Positions 12,854 through 25,614 are shown, counted from the stretch's first letter. The stretch is 64,000 nt of DNA from Vicugna vicugna (GCA_013265495.1 MU058241.1:372001-436000), one strand, 5' to 3'. The notes: a model not told the origin generated them from the sequence alone. A program made the numbers and translations.

Positions 12854-13568
12854 TTTTTTTTTTAACTGAAGTACAGTCAATTACAATGTGTCAATTTCTG
12901 GTGTACAGCACAATGTCCCAGTCATGCATATACATACATATATTCATTTTCATTTTTTTCATTAAAGGCTATTACAAGATATTCAACATAGTTCCCTATG
13001 CTATACAGAAGAAACTTTTTTAAAATCCATTTTTGTATATAGTGGCTAACATTTGTAAATCTCAAACTCCCAAATTTATCCCTTCCCACCCCCTTTCCCC
13101 AGGAACCATAGGATTGTTTACTATGTCTGCAAGTTTGTTTCTGTTTTGTATGTTAGTTCATAGTGTCCTTTTTTCTTTTTTAGATTCCATATATGAGTGA
13201 TATCATATGGTATTTTTCTTTCTCTTTTTCTGGCTTACTTCACTTAGAATAACAATCTCTAGGTCCATCCATGTTGCTGCAAATGGCATTATTTTATTCT
13301 TTTTTATGGCTGAGTAGTATTCCATTGTATAAATATACTACATCTTCTTTATCCAGTCATTTGTAATGGACATTTAGGCTGCTTCCATGTCTTGGCTATT
13401 GTATATAGTGCTGCTGTGAACATTGGGGTGTATGTGTCTTTTCAAATTAGACTTTTCAAATTAGAGTTCCCTCCAGATATACACCCAGGAGTGGGATTGC
13501 TGGATCATATGGTAAGTCTATTTTTAGTTTTTTGAGGAGTCTCCATACTGTTTTCCACAATGGCTGCA
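12854..13568 (-). mobile_element. Young 5'-truncated L1 with perfect 10-bp TSD
   Basis: Poly-T then L1 3' UTR; TSD gacattcact at 12844-12853 and 13569-13578; 3' UTR similar to the copy at 61068-61363. Confidence 0.93.
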
Positions 13569-16500
13569 GACATTCACTGGGTTTTAAATATCATAATATT
13601 ATATCAGTTAGTTAAAAATTTGAGGATTTCCTAAAATGCTAAATAAAGCAGTTCTCTAATCAGGTATTTCCATGCACAAACATCTCAGAAGATGAACCTG
13701 CTATGGGGTTAAGGAATTTGGGGGCACACTTGTAAGTGGCACTTGGGTCCTCAAAGGGTTAACTTGTTTTCCTCACTCTGTAAGCCTGGTATCCCAAGGA
13801 GAGGAATGCCTGTTGTGGGATTAAGCAACAGTGAGTTTCTTTCAGGGTTTATTACCCAGTAGAACAATGGAAATTCTCCCTAGGGCATGCCTATTTTAAC
13901 AAAATAAAGTGAGTAGGGGCACTTTTAAGCAATATATTTTCATATGCTCATCTAAATTCCTGTTTTTTTCCTTCCAATCCTTCTGGTCTCTGGACAGTGA
14001 GGCCAATGGCCACCTCTCCTCGGGATGAGTTTGGGTGACCTGGAGGAACTTGCTTTTATTTTTGCTTTGAAGAACCAGTTTCTTTTCCTTCTTTCTGTTT
14101 ATTTGTGAAACAAATCTTTGGAGAAGGGTGATGATACACCAAAGTGCTACATCATCCAGCATGAATGGACTGCGGGAGTGTTCTGAAGACAGGAAGCAAG
14201 AGAAAGGCCGAAGCTACAGATGTAAAATGCTTTATGACTGACTTTCCCCACCATTTAGGTTGAGTCAGTTAATGGAATGATTGCAGACCATCCCCAAAAT
14301 GACAGCAGTACAGGCACCCTGCAAAATTTCAAATAATTACACAACTAGCAGTGAATATTTTAATTTATTATCCCACTGCATGTAAGTAGAAATCTTGTTA
14401 TTAGAAGTGTCTCCCCTGCCAATAAGATGTTGGAAAATGTGAATAATAACTATAGATGCTCCCTCCTTATTTCCCATTGTTACAGCACACTTAAGTTTTA
14501 TTTTACCAACTTTGAAATGCAGTATGACCCTATTTACACTTTTAGGGTCATTTGGGGAAGCGGAAGGGAGAGATTTTCTTACCATCTGTGATAAAAGCTT
14601 ACTCAGACTCACCGATCCCATTACGTAATACTCTTTAAACAACAGTAAACAAATTCCTTACTAACTCATCCAGGTCTGTTTTTCAATTTTTTTCCTGTAG
14701 TATTTTTCTCTTTTTTAGCAGCTGCAACCCACATTTCTGTTCAAGAAATATTTCTGTTTCTTCTCATAAATGATACAGAACCACTTTTGTTAATATGGTT
14801 TCAGATAAAACAGTAGGAAATGCATTTGTAGCTTACTAGAGAAGTCATTATTTTTTAAAAGAAAAACATGAGATTACTAGGGGAGAGCTTGAGGTCACAA
14901 TCCTTCAGGAACAAGAAATTCTTAATAACAGATGAATGTTGTTAATGAGGGAGACTTCTGCTGCTCCTTCGGCAGTCCAGGTGATGTTGCATTTATTTTT
15001 TAGCAACCAGAGTTCCCAACTGGTGAGCAACAGTGAGGTCTCCAGATTCCCCCACATCGTTCCACTTCTGAGTTGAATTATTTTTACTGACAGGACCTTG
15101 AATGGTCCAGAATCTCATTTATGAAATGGTATCTTAAGGGTACCCAACAAAAAGATAAAGTGCAGTTTTTACATCTTGGCCTTTTTCTTCAGAGCATTCT
15201 GAAAGGAACCAGTGTTAAAGATCTGGTTCTGTAGTCATTGCAGCTTCCCTCCCTGCCTCCCTCCCAGAGCCGCTCAGTGCCCTTTAAATGATCTTTCTTA
15301 GATTTTTACAACATATGGATATTTACATACATCTAAGCCGGACATTTCTCCCCCTTAATCTTTTCTTCACTCTTCCCTGCAAAGCCACGAAACACATTCA
15401 CGGACAAGCCAGGCTTCTTGACCACAAGTCACAAAAATCAACTCACTTTGCTAATTTTAAAGCCAGGCTAACAAATTCTGCTCTTCATTGTTGCTGTCTT
15501 TGCTACAAAGGGATGCAAAGGGACCCTGTTTTAGATAAACGGACCCACTTGTTGGTCATAACAGAGTTAAAAACTTGAACACGTCACAAAAGCATGTGAT
15601 AGACAGAGATTTGCAGTGACCTGGAGGAAGGGGTCTTGTGCTCCATTTTGCAGCCCTGTGACTCCTTGACGTGATTCCTAGACAGTGGGGAGCTGTACAC
15701 TAGAAGTTGGTCTGACACAAAAGCTATGCTATCTAAGGATTGCCTTCTCACTTGGAAAACCCGCTCATCTTTGGCTTTTAGGTTAAATCTCGTTGTGTCT
15801 TGCGGGCAAATCCCAGATGAATAAGGGTCCAATGTGGTTTTTATAAAGCTTTTTCCTCAGTGTGGCAAAGATGGAGAGGAAACCACACCCAGGGTGGTTT
15901 CTGACCAGAAAAAGGCAAGATGCTTCCCTCGTAACTTGATGAACTGTTAGACGCAGGTCACAGTCAGTGCCTCTGGTATTGGCGCCGGGAGCTGACCTGT
16001 CAAGGATGAAGCGTTTCCGGAGCCTCCCTCACTTCACGGAAACCAGCACGTTCTTCTCGCCCGCCCCAGGGATGAGGGTGCTGGTAGTGTGTCCTGCTGC
16101 GCCCTGTGGTGCCGGGCATTAGCTGTGCAGCTCGCCTCCGCAGCAGGGCCTCCCAAGCCAGGCGGGGTTCCAGTGGGGGTGCTCACCTGTGTGTGCCCTT
16201 TCCACAAGCAGGACCTCACCGGGTACACACAGAGCCTCAGCCGGAAATTGTTTTGTCCCAACAAGACTTTAGTAGCTGAGGCTCGCGCCTGGGCCCCTTC
16301 TGCTCGGCGAGTCCACCCTTACCATGTGTAACCTGCCAGCAGGGCTCCGGGTCACTCCTGCTGGATCTCCTCTCCAGCTGGAGAGTGTGCAGACTCATGT
16401 CCCCTTCCTCCATCCCTTGTTTATCTCTTACAATGCGATTCCTTTCCCATCGGTCTTTAGTTAGACACCTGCCATTGATGTTCATGCTTTGTATGCAGTG

Positions 16501-16869
16501 CTTTGGGGACTGGATCGTAATGTGTGCATTTCTATAGAATTCAGTGACTTTTCATAATCCCCTCCCCTAGTGTTGTAGTTGAAGTCTCACATTTAACCAA
16601 CATATGGGCTTATGTACTAGTGAGAGCTGCTTCTTCACTTGTTTTCCTTTTGATCTGACCACTATTGGTTAGATGTAAGCATCCAGGTAGGTCTGGGCAG
16701 TTTCTAGGACAATGGTAAGTAGCACAAAGTCCCTGCCTTCTGGGAGAAGCCACCCGAGCGAGACTGAAATGGGTGCATGTTAGTAGTAGGGGGACTAACC
16801 TGGCGAAGGGCGTATTAGCGGCATCACATCCGAAGGCTAACCTCACCTCTCCAAAGGGCATCTGACTCT

Positions 16870-16995
16870 CCTCAACTTACAGATGAGGAAACGGGGGCTC
16901 AGAGTCCCGTGAAACAACCTCCACGTCACGGCCAGAGCAGCAGCAGAGCTGGGACACAGACCCGGGTTCAGCTGACCCCGCAACGCATGTCCTTT
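16870..16995 (-). mobile_element. MIR SINE fragment
   Basis: 'acagatgaggaaacgggggctcagag...gcagagctgggacacagacccggg' MIR core. Confidence 0.7.
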
Positions 16996-17284
16996 CCTTT
17001 AGAACTGCCCGGGGAGGAGGGAACTTGTGGAAAACCACACCCTTGCTCTTAACTTATTTAGACCCTTGGGTAACCATCTTGCTTTCCTACTCATGGGCTC
17101 TCGTTCTCTCTTGTCCCCACCCACATGCTAATGCACAGCTCTTTCCAGACATTGCCAAATGTCCCCCTCACCTCCTTCCTTGGTGGAGAAGCGCTGGCCT
17201 GCAGGTCTTGTGGGTCACTAGAAAAATGGAGAGAATACTGCTCCTTGCGGTTTTTTCTTCTACGTCTGGTACACTGTAGACCAG

Positions 17285-17574
17285 CTGCGGTGGGCTGACT
17301 AATGCGTGTTCTCTCCCCAGAATAGATGTCCACACCCTAGTCCAAGGAAGCTGTAGATATGTGGCTTTACAGGGCACAAGGGGCTTTGCAGATGTGATTC
17401 AGCTTAGGGACCTTGAGGTGAGGAGACGGTCCTGGATTATCTAGGGTGGATCCAGTGTCATCACAAGGGTCCTCATGGGAGGAAGACAGGAGAGATTTGA
17501 CTACAGGAAAGGAGCATCAGAGTGATGCAGGGGAGGAGAACCTTTCCCAGATGAGATGCGGTATGGTGTGGTGT

Positions 17575-17610
<36 letters not shown>

Positions 17611-17905
17611 AAACAAATGTATGGAAACAAGGTCAGAGAGATGCAATGTGGCTTACTTTGGAGATAGGGGTGGGGGGAGGTCTACCAGCCAAGGAATGCC
17701 AGAAGCCTCTAGAATCTCATTGGAAAAGCAAAGAAACAGATCCCTGCCCAGAGCCACCAGAAGGAACACAGTCCTGCCCACACCTTGATTTCAGCCCCAG
17801 GAGGCTCCTGTCAGACCTCGGACCTCCAGAACTGTCAGAGGATAAATTCATGATTTAAGCCGTCCATTTGCAGATCTGTGATACCAGCATGGTAAACCAA
17901 CACCC
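17285..17905 (+). mobile_element. MLT1C/D-like MaLR LTR
   Basis: 'gggctttgcagatgtgatt', 'cctggattatctagggtgg', 'agccaaggaatgcc', 'acctccagaactgtcagaggataaatt'. Confidence 0.8.
17577..17608. repeat. (GT)16 microsatellite inside the MLT1 LTR
   Basis: Read directly. Confidence 0.95.
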
Positions 17906-17924
17906 CCCCTCCATCAGAATTACA

Positions 17925-18050
17925 CTTGCAGATTCCTAGCATGCTGACCTAAAGGAGAATAACCTTCTGGATGTGGAGCCTGAGAGCCTGCACTTTCAAC
18001 CAGCACATGGCAGGGGTGACTTTTGACACCTTAAAATCTGAGAACTGTTG
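17925..18050. mobile_element. MER5-like hAT-Charlie fragment
   Basis: 'ggatgtggagcctgagagcctgcactttcaaccagc...aaaatctgagaactg'. Confidence 0.55.
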
Positions 18051-19125
18051 AGTAAGTGTGCCTCAGGGCTGCTTGCCTGTGCGTTACAAATCACCTTCCA
18101 CTTCTTAAGGAAAAAAAATTCTAAAATATCTCTCTAGAAATGATCTACAATTTTTCCCCTAAAATTATAAAGAAAAAAAGAGAAAGGATAAAATTGTCAT
18201 CTGATGTTTGAATCAGAGTGAGGTTCGGTGCAGTGGATTTGACAGTTTTGTGCAAAGAGTTGCCATTTCTTTTTGTCTTGGAAGGCATCTGGTTACAAGC
18301 TGGGACCCGGGCAGTGTGTCCCATGGGACTTCCACATTAGATGCTCCTGGTGTTGGTTCCATAAACCCTGCTTCTAACCACATTCAGAGAAGGGTGTCGG
18401 CCTACCCCAGGCCCCTGCCATCACGGGGATCCGAACGCCAGGTAAACTGGAGGGAGGATGTTTGCAGGAGCAGCGTCGAGTTTGCTGGAACTGACCCGTC
18501 CCTCTTGACTGGGGGCAGACAGGTTCTGTGCTGCGGGTGTCATGATCGCTTTACAAGCTGCGCCTCCCCTCTGATGCGGTTATTAGACAGGGATGCGGGG
18601 AAGACGCTTTGTTCTGAGCTCCGCTTTGCGCAGGAGTCACCGCCTGGAAGATTCCGCACCTGTCTCTCTGGTGACAAGTGACTCCCTTCTTAGTGGTGAG
18701 GCAGATGCACACTTACCCCTGGTATTTTATTAGATTTAATAGAGGGGGAGGCTACAGAGACGCTCCGGGTTGGGATGCGACGGAGGTTATTTTGGTGCAG
18801 GTGTGGATTAAAAGATTACAGGGACGACGGAGCTTAGTCTCTCTCCCGTCTTGTCTCCTTGCGTAGGCGTGGCAGGGCTTTCATTTTCAAAATAAGGACT
18901 TTTTCCCATACAATTATATCCCTAAAAATAGTAATGAAAGCTGACTACTTCACTGACAGCAAAGTTTAGGAAGATGTTTCTGATACAACTTTAATTTCAG
19001 AAGAACAATGATGTATCATTGCTGTCACGTTGCTGCATTTACAGTGGCGTAAGGCAGGCACCAGGTTGTGGATTAACCAGCCAAGTACCAGGAATTGGCT
19101 TGTTACCCTCCATAGGTGCTATGTA

Positions 19126-19316
19126 TTTTTTTGTTTGTTTGTTTTGGTTTTTTGGTTTTGTTTTTTTTTTAATTTATTTTACTTATTTATTTTTTGATGG
19201 GGGGAGGTAATTAGGTTTTATTAGTATTTATTTATTCTTAGAGGAGATAGTGGGGATTGAACCCAGGACCTCATGCATCCTAAGCATGTGCTCTACCACT
19301 TGAGCTATGATCTCCT
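19126..19316 (-). mobile_element. tRNA-derived camelid SINE (vic-1-like)
   Basis: Minus strand shows A box TAGCTCAAGTGG (19296-19307) and B box GGTTCAATCCC (19253-19263), then 'ctaagaataaataaata..aaacctaattacctcccccc' and an A-rich tail as recalled for vic-1. Confidence 0.85.
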
Positions 19317-19449
19317 CTCTTTAAGTTCTGTAGATGGTTTCACTGGAAGTTCTCGTAGGTTTAGTATGTATTTATTAAAATTGCATAAGAATGGGCATGT
19401 AGGTCAAGGGTTTTAACCTTTCTTTGTTGTTGTTGAATAGAAGAATGAA

Positions 19450-20015
19450 CCTCACATGGAGTTCCTCAAAAACCTCAGATGGAGTTACCATATGCGCCAG
19501 CTATTCCAAGTTTGTATCCCTAAGAGTGGAACACTGGGAATCCGATAATGTATATTAATGTTCATGGCAACGTTATTCATGATAACCAAAAGGTGGACTT
19601 AACCCAAATGTCCACCAACAGATGAGTGGATGACAACGTGATTTACACATATAATGGAATATATTCAGTCTTAGACAGGCGTGAAGGTCTGGTACAGGCT
19701 ACAACATGAAGGACATTATGCTCAGTGAATGAGGCAGACACCAAACGACAAAGACGGTGTGATTTCACAGATAGGAGGCACCTGTAATCGATGAAGTCAC
19801 AGAGACAGAAAGTGGAAGGGTGGCTAGCAGGGGCTGGGGGAGGGGGTTGGGGAGAGAGTGTTTCATGGGCACAGAGTTTTCGTTTGGGAAGACGAAAACG
19901 TTCTGGAGATGGGTGGTGGTGATGGTTGCTCAGTAGGAATGTACTGAACGCCACTGAATTCTACACTTAAAAGTGGTTAAGATGGCAAGTTTTGTGTATT
20001 TTACCAGAAAAATTG
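19450..20015 (+). mobile_element. L1MB-like 3' end
   Basis: 'aacccaaatgtccaccaacagatgagtggat', 'ttctggagatgggtggtggtgatggttgc...acacttaaaagtggttaagatgg'. Confidence 0.85.
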
Positions 20016-20034
20016 TTTAGAAAAGAGGTTAAAG

Positions 20035-20175
20035 ATTGAAGTGATGGAAAAGTTTTGGAGACATGCAGTGGTGATGGTTGCACAATATTATGAATGAATA
20101 ATGTCACTGAATCATACATTTAAAAGTGGTTAACATGGCATATTTTGTGTTGTATCTGTTTTACCACCATAAGCA
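20035..20175 (+). mobile_element. Second L1MB-like 3' terminus
   Basis: Repeats the 'gtggtgatggttgcaca...ttaaaagtggttaa.atggca' terminus seen about 150 bp upstream. Confidence 0.75.
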
Positions 20176-21439
20176 ACACCACCAAAACCCTGAAAGGGAG
20201 GAAGCATCCATGGCTTGTCGTGAAAGGGCTGTACTTTATCACAGGACCCTTGTCTGTAAAATGGACATATTTACACTGCCTCCCTGGGGAAATGACAGGC
20301 ATAACCCAAATGCTGCCAGTCTCGGCATGCACTAAAGCTACAAGGTCTGGCTGCTGAAATGCCAAAGCCTGGAAAGCAGAAGCCTCAGGACCTGCTTGGG
20401 GTGTGGCCCAGATCTTAGGTGGTCTTCCAGTCATTTGGGGAATCTCCATGGTGCTGTAAACGGTCACCGAGAAGCCTCAGAGGAGCTCCCACTCTGCTGT
20501 CCCCAGGGGCTGCCCGTTACCAAATGAGAAACAGGAGGCGCAGGAACCCACAGATGCAGCCCAGGGAGGTCAGGCTCTCAGAGCGTAAATAGGGCAGAAG
20601 AGAGTGGGGAGCACAATCTGCCACAAACAGAAAAACCCAACAGGGATGGTCGCATAAGGTGGGTGAAGCGCTTCCTCCTTCCCAGTGGACCCTGTGTGCT
20701 AAGACCGGGCGGGGTGGACACGGGGGAAGGGTCTCCGGATGAGTGTCAAGACCCAGATTTGACGTTTCATGTGTATATGTCTCTCAAAGCTACTTATTTT
20801 TGAGCTGTATTGACCTAATTGAACCTTTTTAAAAAAATATATGTGGCTGTGTTCAGGACATGTGTCCCTCATCTTGGGCTTCTTAATCAAATGGACCAGA
20901 GTTTTTTAGGAAAGCACCCACTGTGGGGAGAGGTTGGGGCAAGGGCGTTATTTACCATGTGAGGCGGAAGTTCATGCACGGTCTAGTATCTTTAAAGTTT
21001 CCCATATCCTTTCATTAATGTAGCCAAACACCTTTTTCCTTTGCATCTTGCCAAACTAATGGTTTCTCAGGGTCGTTTATCATTGGCTGTTTTTCCTGAG
21101 TACCTCTGGGTTTTATTCCTGAAATGTTTCCCTTCTGGGCTTCGTTTTATCAGCTGGCTCAGTTGTAGAGCCCTATTAAGATTACTCTGCTTTTTATGTT
21201 CCTTCATAATTTTTACTAACTTAATAAATTAGTATCAGCAACTTCTACGAACCCTCCACTCACCTGGTCCCCAAGATCTTTTTAAAACCTTCGCTGCAGC
21301 AAGTCTGTGTGTTTGGTGTCACTTCTGCCCTTGAGTTCTGCCAGAGAATTTTTTCAAAATTTTTCAAAGATTTTCAAAGATCAAGTTGGTAAACTATGGC
21401 TTATGGATTGGCACCTGCTTTAATACCTAACATTTTATC

Positions 21440-21605
21440 ACAGAAAGGATTAGGGGATTCTAGCTTAAAATTCTGGAGCTTTTACATTCATTTTGAGTTT
21501 TAAATATGGTATTGTAGTATTAATTTTCTTGATGACTGAGTTTCAGCGCTGCCTCAGATTTTGTTTTGGAGGCCAGGTACCTTCCTCACCTAATCCTAAC
21601 CTTGC
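21440..21605. mobile_element. MER96/MER91-like hAT fragment
   Basis: 'gcctcagattttgttttggaggccagg..cctcacctaatcctaaccttg' resembles the terminal region of these families. Confidence 0.4.
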
Positions 21606-21754
21606 AGTGAATGTTGCCAGTCAGAAACCAGAAGACAAAAATGGTCAATCATATTAAAAAGGAAAAACAGACTTAGAACAGCTCTCGAAGGGTTTGTGAA
21701 ATTTACTTGGGTCGGTTATCCCCAGAGCTAAACTTGATGTGAGGGGGTGTGAGC

Positions 21755-21915
21755 CGATTAGGGAGGGGTACAGCATTTCTTTTTGTGATGAAATGCTTTA
21801 AAATGGATTGTGGTAAGGGCTGCACAGCTTGTGAATATGCTAAAAGCCACCGAATTATACACTTCCAGTGGGTGAATTGTATGGATATGTGAATTATATC
21901 TTAATAAGGCCGTCA
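21755..21915 (+). mobile_element. L1MB7/8-like 3' end
   Basis: 'gggtgaattgtatggatatgtgaattatatcttaataa'. Confidence 0.75.
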
Positions 21916-23035
21916 CAGACAACAAAGCAGGAGAAAATAAAACAAAGCAAACCAATAAATGCAAATCAAATCGCGTTAACATTCTTTCAAGGGCTGCTCA
22001 ATGCACTTTGAATAAATTCTAAACAGGTTAAAACATCAAAGAAACAAATTCAATGTCTGTTCTTCCTTGCACACTCGCTGCTCTGCCAGTCACTCTCCTG
22101 ATTTACGTGGGAAGCTCAGGTTGGCTGAACCCTGAGATGGTTTGTACTCTAGGCTACTCTGGGACTTGGAGGAGAAGTGGAAGTAGCTGGAAGCCTCTCC
22201 CCAGCCTCTTCCCAAGGGCTGTCCTACAAGCGACTGGTGATGGAACCTCCCCAAAGCACATCTGACCTGCAAGGGGCCTGGATGATGCTTTGGGTCTATT
22301 TGCAGAAGAAGAGACCACGGGCGTAGGAGGCCCAGAGTCATGCAGCTGTATCAGGCAGCTGTATTATGCTGGTCAAGCTAAATGGAGTCACATAGTTCAC
22401 TTGTTTACTTGTACCAAGAAAATAAGCTGGGGAGAAGGATCTGAGGGGATCAGACGTTTTTTAATTCACAGTGACAGAACTGTTTTGGTCCTGTCCTTGT
22501 GTTATCCCAGCTTCACCTTAGGTCAGATCTGCAGCAGTGCTCTCCCACTGGTAAGTGAAGTCCCTCTGAACTGAGCTGACTTGAATGGATGCCTAGCAAC
22601 ATCTCAATGTGTCTTTTATAGTGTATTTTAAGATTTGAAACAGTTTTTTTTATGGTGAAAAATGTGGAAATATTTGTTCTTTATTATTATTTTTAGCACC
22701 GCTGGTAGTCATACTAGGACTCTAGGCGTATGCAGGGTTCTCAGGGGAGTTTCAGAAAAATCTTTGGACATTAACATTTCCTTAAGAGATTTTAATCATT
22801 TCCTTAAGATTTTTAAAACCAGTGATGATTAGTTTTACTTACATATTCCCTTTCTTGGTTTCAGGATAACAGGGAATTGCTTCTTCTCCTTTAAAGTCAG
22901 TATTCTTGAGAGGTTCACTTGCCTAGAATTCTCGAGTACGTTGAGTAATGTGCTGCATTTGAATAAACATCCTTTCTATTAATAAGGATGATGGTGATGA
23001 TGATAGAGGTATTTGTTGAGTGTTTTCTGTGTGGA

Positions 23036-23228
23036 CCAGGGTTTCTCAACACTGGGCCTGGGTAATTCTCAGTTGGAGGTGTGTCCTGTGCATTGTAGGG
23101 TGTTGAGCAGCGTCCTTGGTCTCCACCCACCAGATACCCAGAGGACCTCCCTCCGTTGTGACAGCTGAAAATGTCTCCAGGCGTTGCCACAGTCCCTGGG
23201 GTTGGAACGGCCCTGGTTGAGAGCCACT
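23036..23228. mobile_element. MER20 hAT-Charlie element inserted in a MIR
   Basis: 'cctgtgcattgtagggtgttgagcagcgtcc..gtgacagctgaaaatgtctccaggcgttgcc..ggttgagagccact'; MIR-like sequence on both sides. Confidence 0.85.
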
Positions 23229-23439
23229 AGTGTGGACACTGGCCTGAGTGCTCCGACACCATCCTCTCCTTGACTCACCTGAACCGTGTGAGATAAGAAC
23301 CATGGTCACCCCCATTTTCAAAAGGAGGTTATGGTTGTTAGAACCTGAAGAATTTGCTCGAGAGGGTCCCTCAGCCAGTGCGCGTGGGAGCTTTACCAGG
23401 TGGAGGTTATTGCCTAATATGGAAAAAGAATAATGCAAT

Positions 23440-23920
23440 GATTAGAAAACCTCTCTAGTGGAAGCAGGATCAGCAGTTTTGTATAAAATGAAATACACAC
23501 TTAGTATACAGCACAGCAATGCCAGTCCTTGGTATCCACCCCAGAGAAACCAAAACTTACACTTGCACAAAAATCTGTACCCGAATGTTCATAGCAGCTT
23601 TATTTGTGATGGTCAAAATTCTAGAAACAACTCAGACGTCCTTTAAAAGGTACATGGATTAAAAAAAAAAAACTACTTGGATACAATTGTGTATTACTCA
23701 GCAATAAAATGAAACAAACTATTGATACATGCAACAACTTAGATGGACTTTAAAGACAGAACCCTACGTGAGGGAGAAAGCCAGTTTCAAAGAATTACAT
23801 GCTATATGAGTCCACTTATTTGACATTCTCAAGAAGACAAACTGTCGTGATGGAGAACAGATCAGTGGGTGCCAGGGGTAGGGGTGGGGGGTGACTGTGA
23901 GGGGACAGCAGGACAGAGTT
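23440..23920 (+). mobile_element. L1MC/MD-like 3' region
   Basis: 'gaatgttcatagcagctttatt', 'attgatacatgcaacaacttagatgga', 'gagaacagatcagtgggtgccaggg'. Confidence 0.8.
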
Positions 23921-24084
23921 GTCTGTCCTCCGTGCCTACTAAAAAGGGCGGCTAAACCTAAACTTTATTTTGAGTGACTTTTTCTTACCTTCCTCAGGCT
24001 GTGCACATGGATTTTTGGGGGTTTTCCCCCCTACTTCTAGAGCTGTCTCTGTTTTGGGAAGCATAGCTTTATGATGTTCTATTG

Positions 24085-24270
24085 GACAGGTCAGCAGGTA
24101 ACCACAAAAGGGGCATATTTGGCCCACCATCTGTTTTCATAAATAAAGTTTTATTAGAATATAGCTGCACTCATTTATTTACGTAGCACCTATGGCTGCT
24201 TTTATGCTACAACAGGATAGGAAAATATTTACTATTTAGCCCGTAAGAGAAAAAAGTTTGCTAAGTCTAT
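24085..24270. mobile_element. MER58A-like hAT-Charlie element
   Basis: 'aaataaagttttattagaatatagctgcactcatttatttacgta..ctatggctgctttt'. Confidence 0.8.
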
Positions 24271-25614
24271 ACTATTATATAAACCGAAGAATAATAGGTC
24301 TTTGCCTGGTTTCAATAAAGTCAAAAATGATACACTTGAATTCTCTAACTAAAGGAATGTTTAAAACAATAGTATCATTTTACACCAAGTTCCATGCCTT
24401 GTAGACTCTGCTCTCCCCAAATTATGTGTCCCTTCTCTCCTTTTCTTTATATAATTTCCTTTTAAATGGATTCTACTTTTTTATACCACATATTTTATTT
24501 GCAATGTAATTTGCAGCTATCACTACAAGCAGGTGAGAGAAAGCACAACTCGTAAACTAAACATAATCTCAACATATTTCAACTCTCTTGTCATATCCAC
24601 AAACTGGCCAGAGAATCTTATGTGCAAAAAGGAACTATTTCTGTTTTGTAATTCTCATCTCTTCTAGTGCCTATTTGGCACAACTTTTCATTATTTTGTG
24701 GATGGGTCAAAAGCTTGATAGTGGAAGGGGAAAAATAGCTAGTGACACATGTGATTTGTAAACCAGATAATCTTCCTTCAGCAGATGGAACTAGAGTTGA
24801 TTGGTGCTTGAGCAATATATATTTTTCTTCGTGCATTTGAAATATCTTTCTTAATATCATTCTGACAGGCCAGTGAGAACAGCATTATTTACTTGCCTTA
24901 CGTCTTGGTAGTTACTCTTTTTGTTCCTATGGTGTCTAGAGTTAAAATATCACAAGTGTTTATGATTTACCAGCTTGCTTACAAACACCAGTTCTTCCTC
25001 TGTAACCTTTATTCGTCAGTGCAGTTTAGAAAATTAACAGAGGTCAGCCTTGCTTGGTTCTGATGGCCTTAATGTACTGATAGAGTGTGACTGTGCTGTC
25101 TCTGAGTGCCAGTTATGAATCATGTCCAAGCCAGTGCAAGTCTCAGAGGGAATATTTTTCACTTCTGTTATCTCAGACAGAGCTGGAGCACTGTGTTTCT
25201 TGTGGTCCTTTCCCGGGTCCTTTCATGGCCTCTTTGTTTGAAAGTACAAGACAAAAGTTATCGATTTGCTTAGATAGAAAGCATGTGAAATATTTAAAGT
25301 GTGGTTGTCAAGAATTAGAGATAGTGCTCCTTTATAACTGCAGGCCTTAGAGATGAGGAGAATACCATGAACTGAACACCTCCCTCATCCTAGACTTGGC
25401 AACAAGTTCTTTGCTATTATCTCTGTGAATACAACTCCCTGGGTTCACAGCCACCTTTTAGAGAAGAGACAGTTGGCTCAGAGGAGGTGGGTGACTTGTG
25501 CCAGGACGACTGTCCTTCGTCTGTCCACTCTTCCACCCTTCCCCTGAGCCTTCGGGGATGAACCACCACAGTGGGGAGCTCACTGGCCCGCAGCCCTTCA
25601 TGGCGAATCGGAAG

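Noticed and set aside
14128..14186. C/D box snoRNA (GTGATGA...CTGA)
   Set aside because: No terminal stem, no clear C'/D' boxes and no recognisable rRNA guide; such motif pairs occur by chance.
19245..19316. tRNA gene
   Set aside because: The tRNA-like head is followed by the SINE body and an A-rich tail, and the acceptor stem is degenerate.
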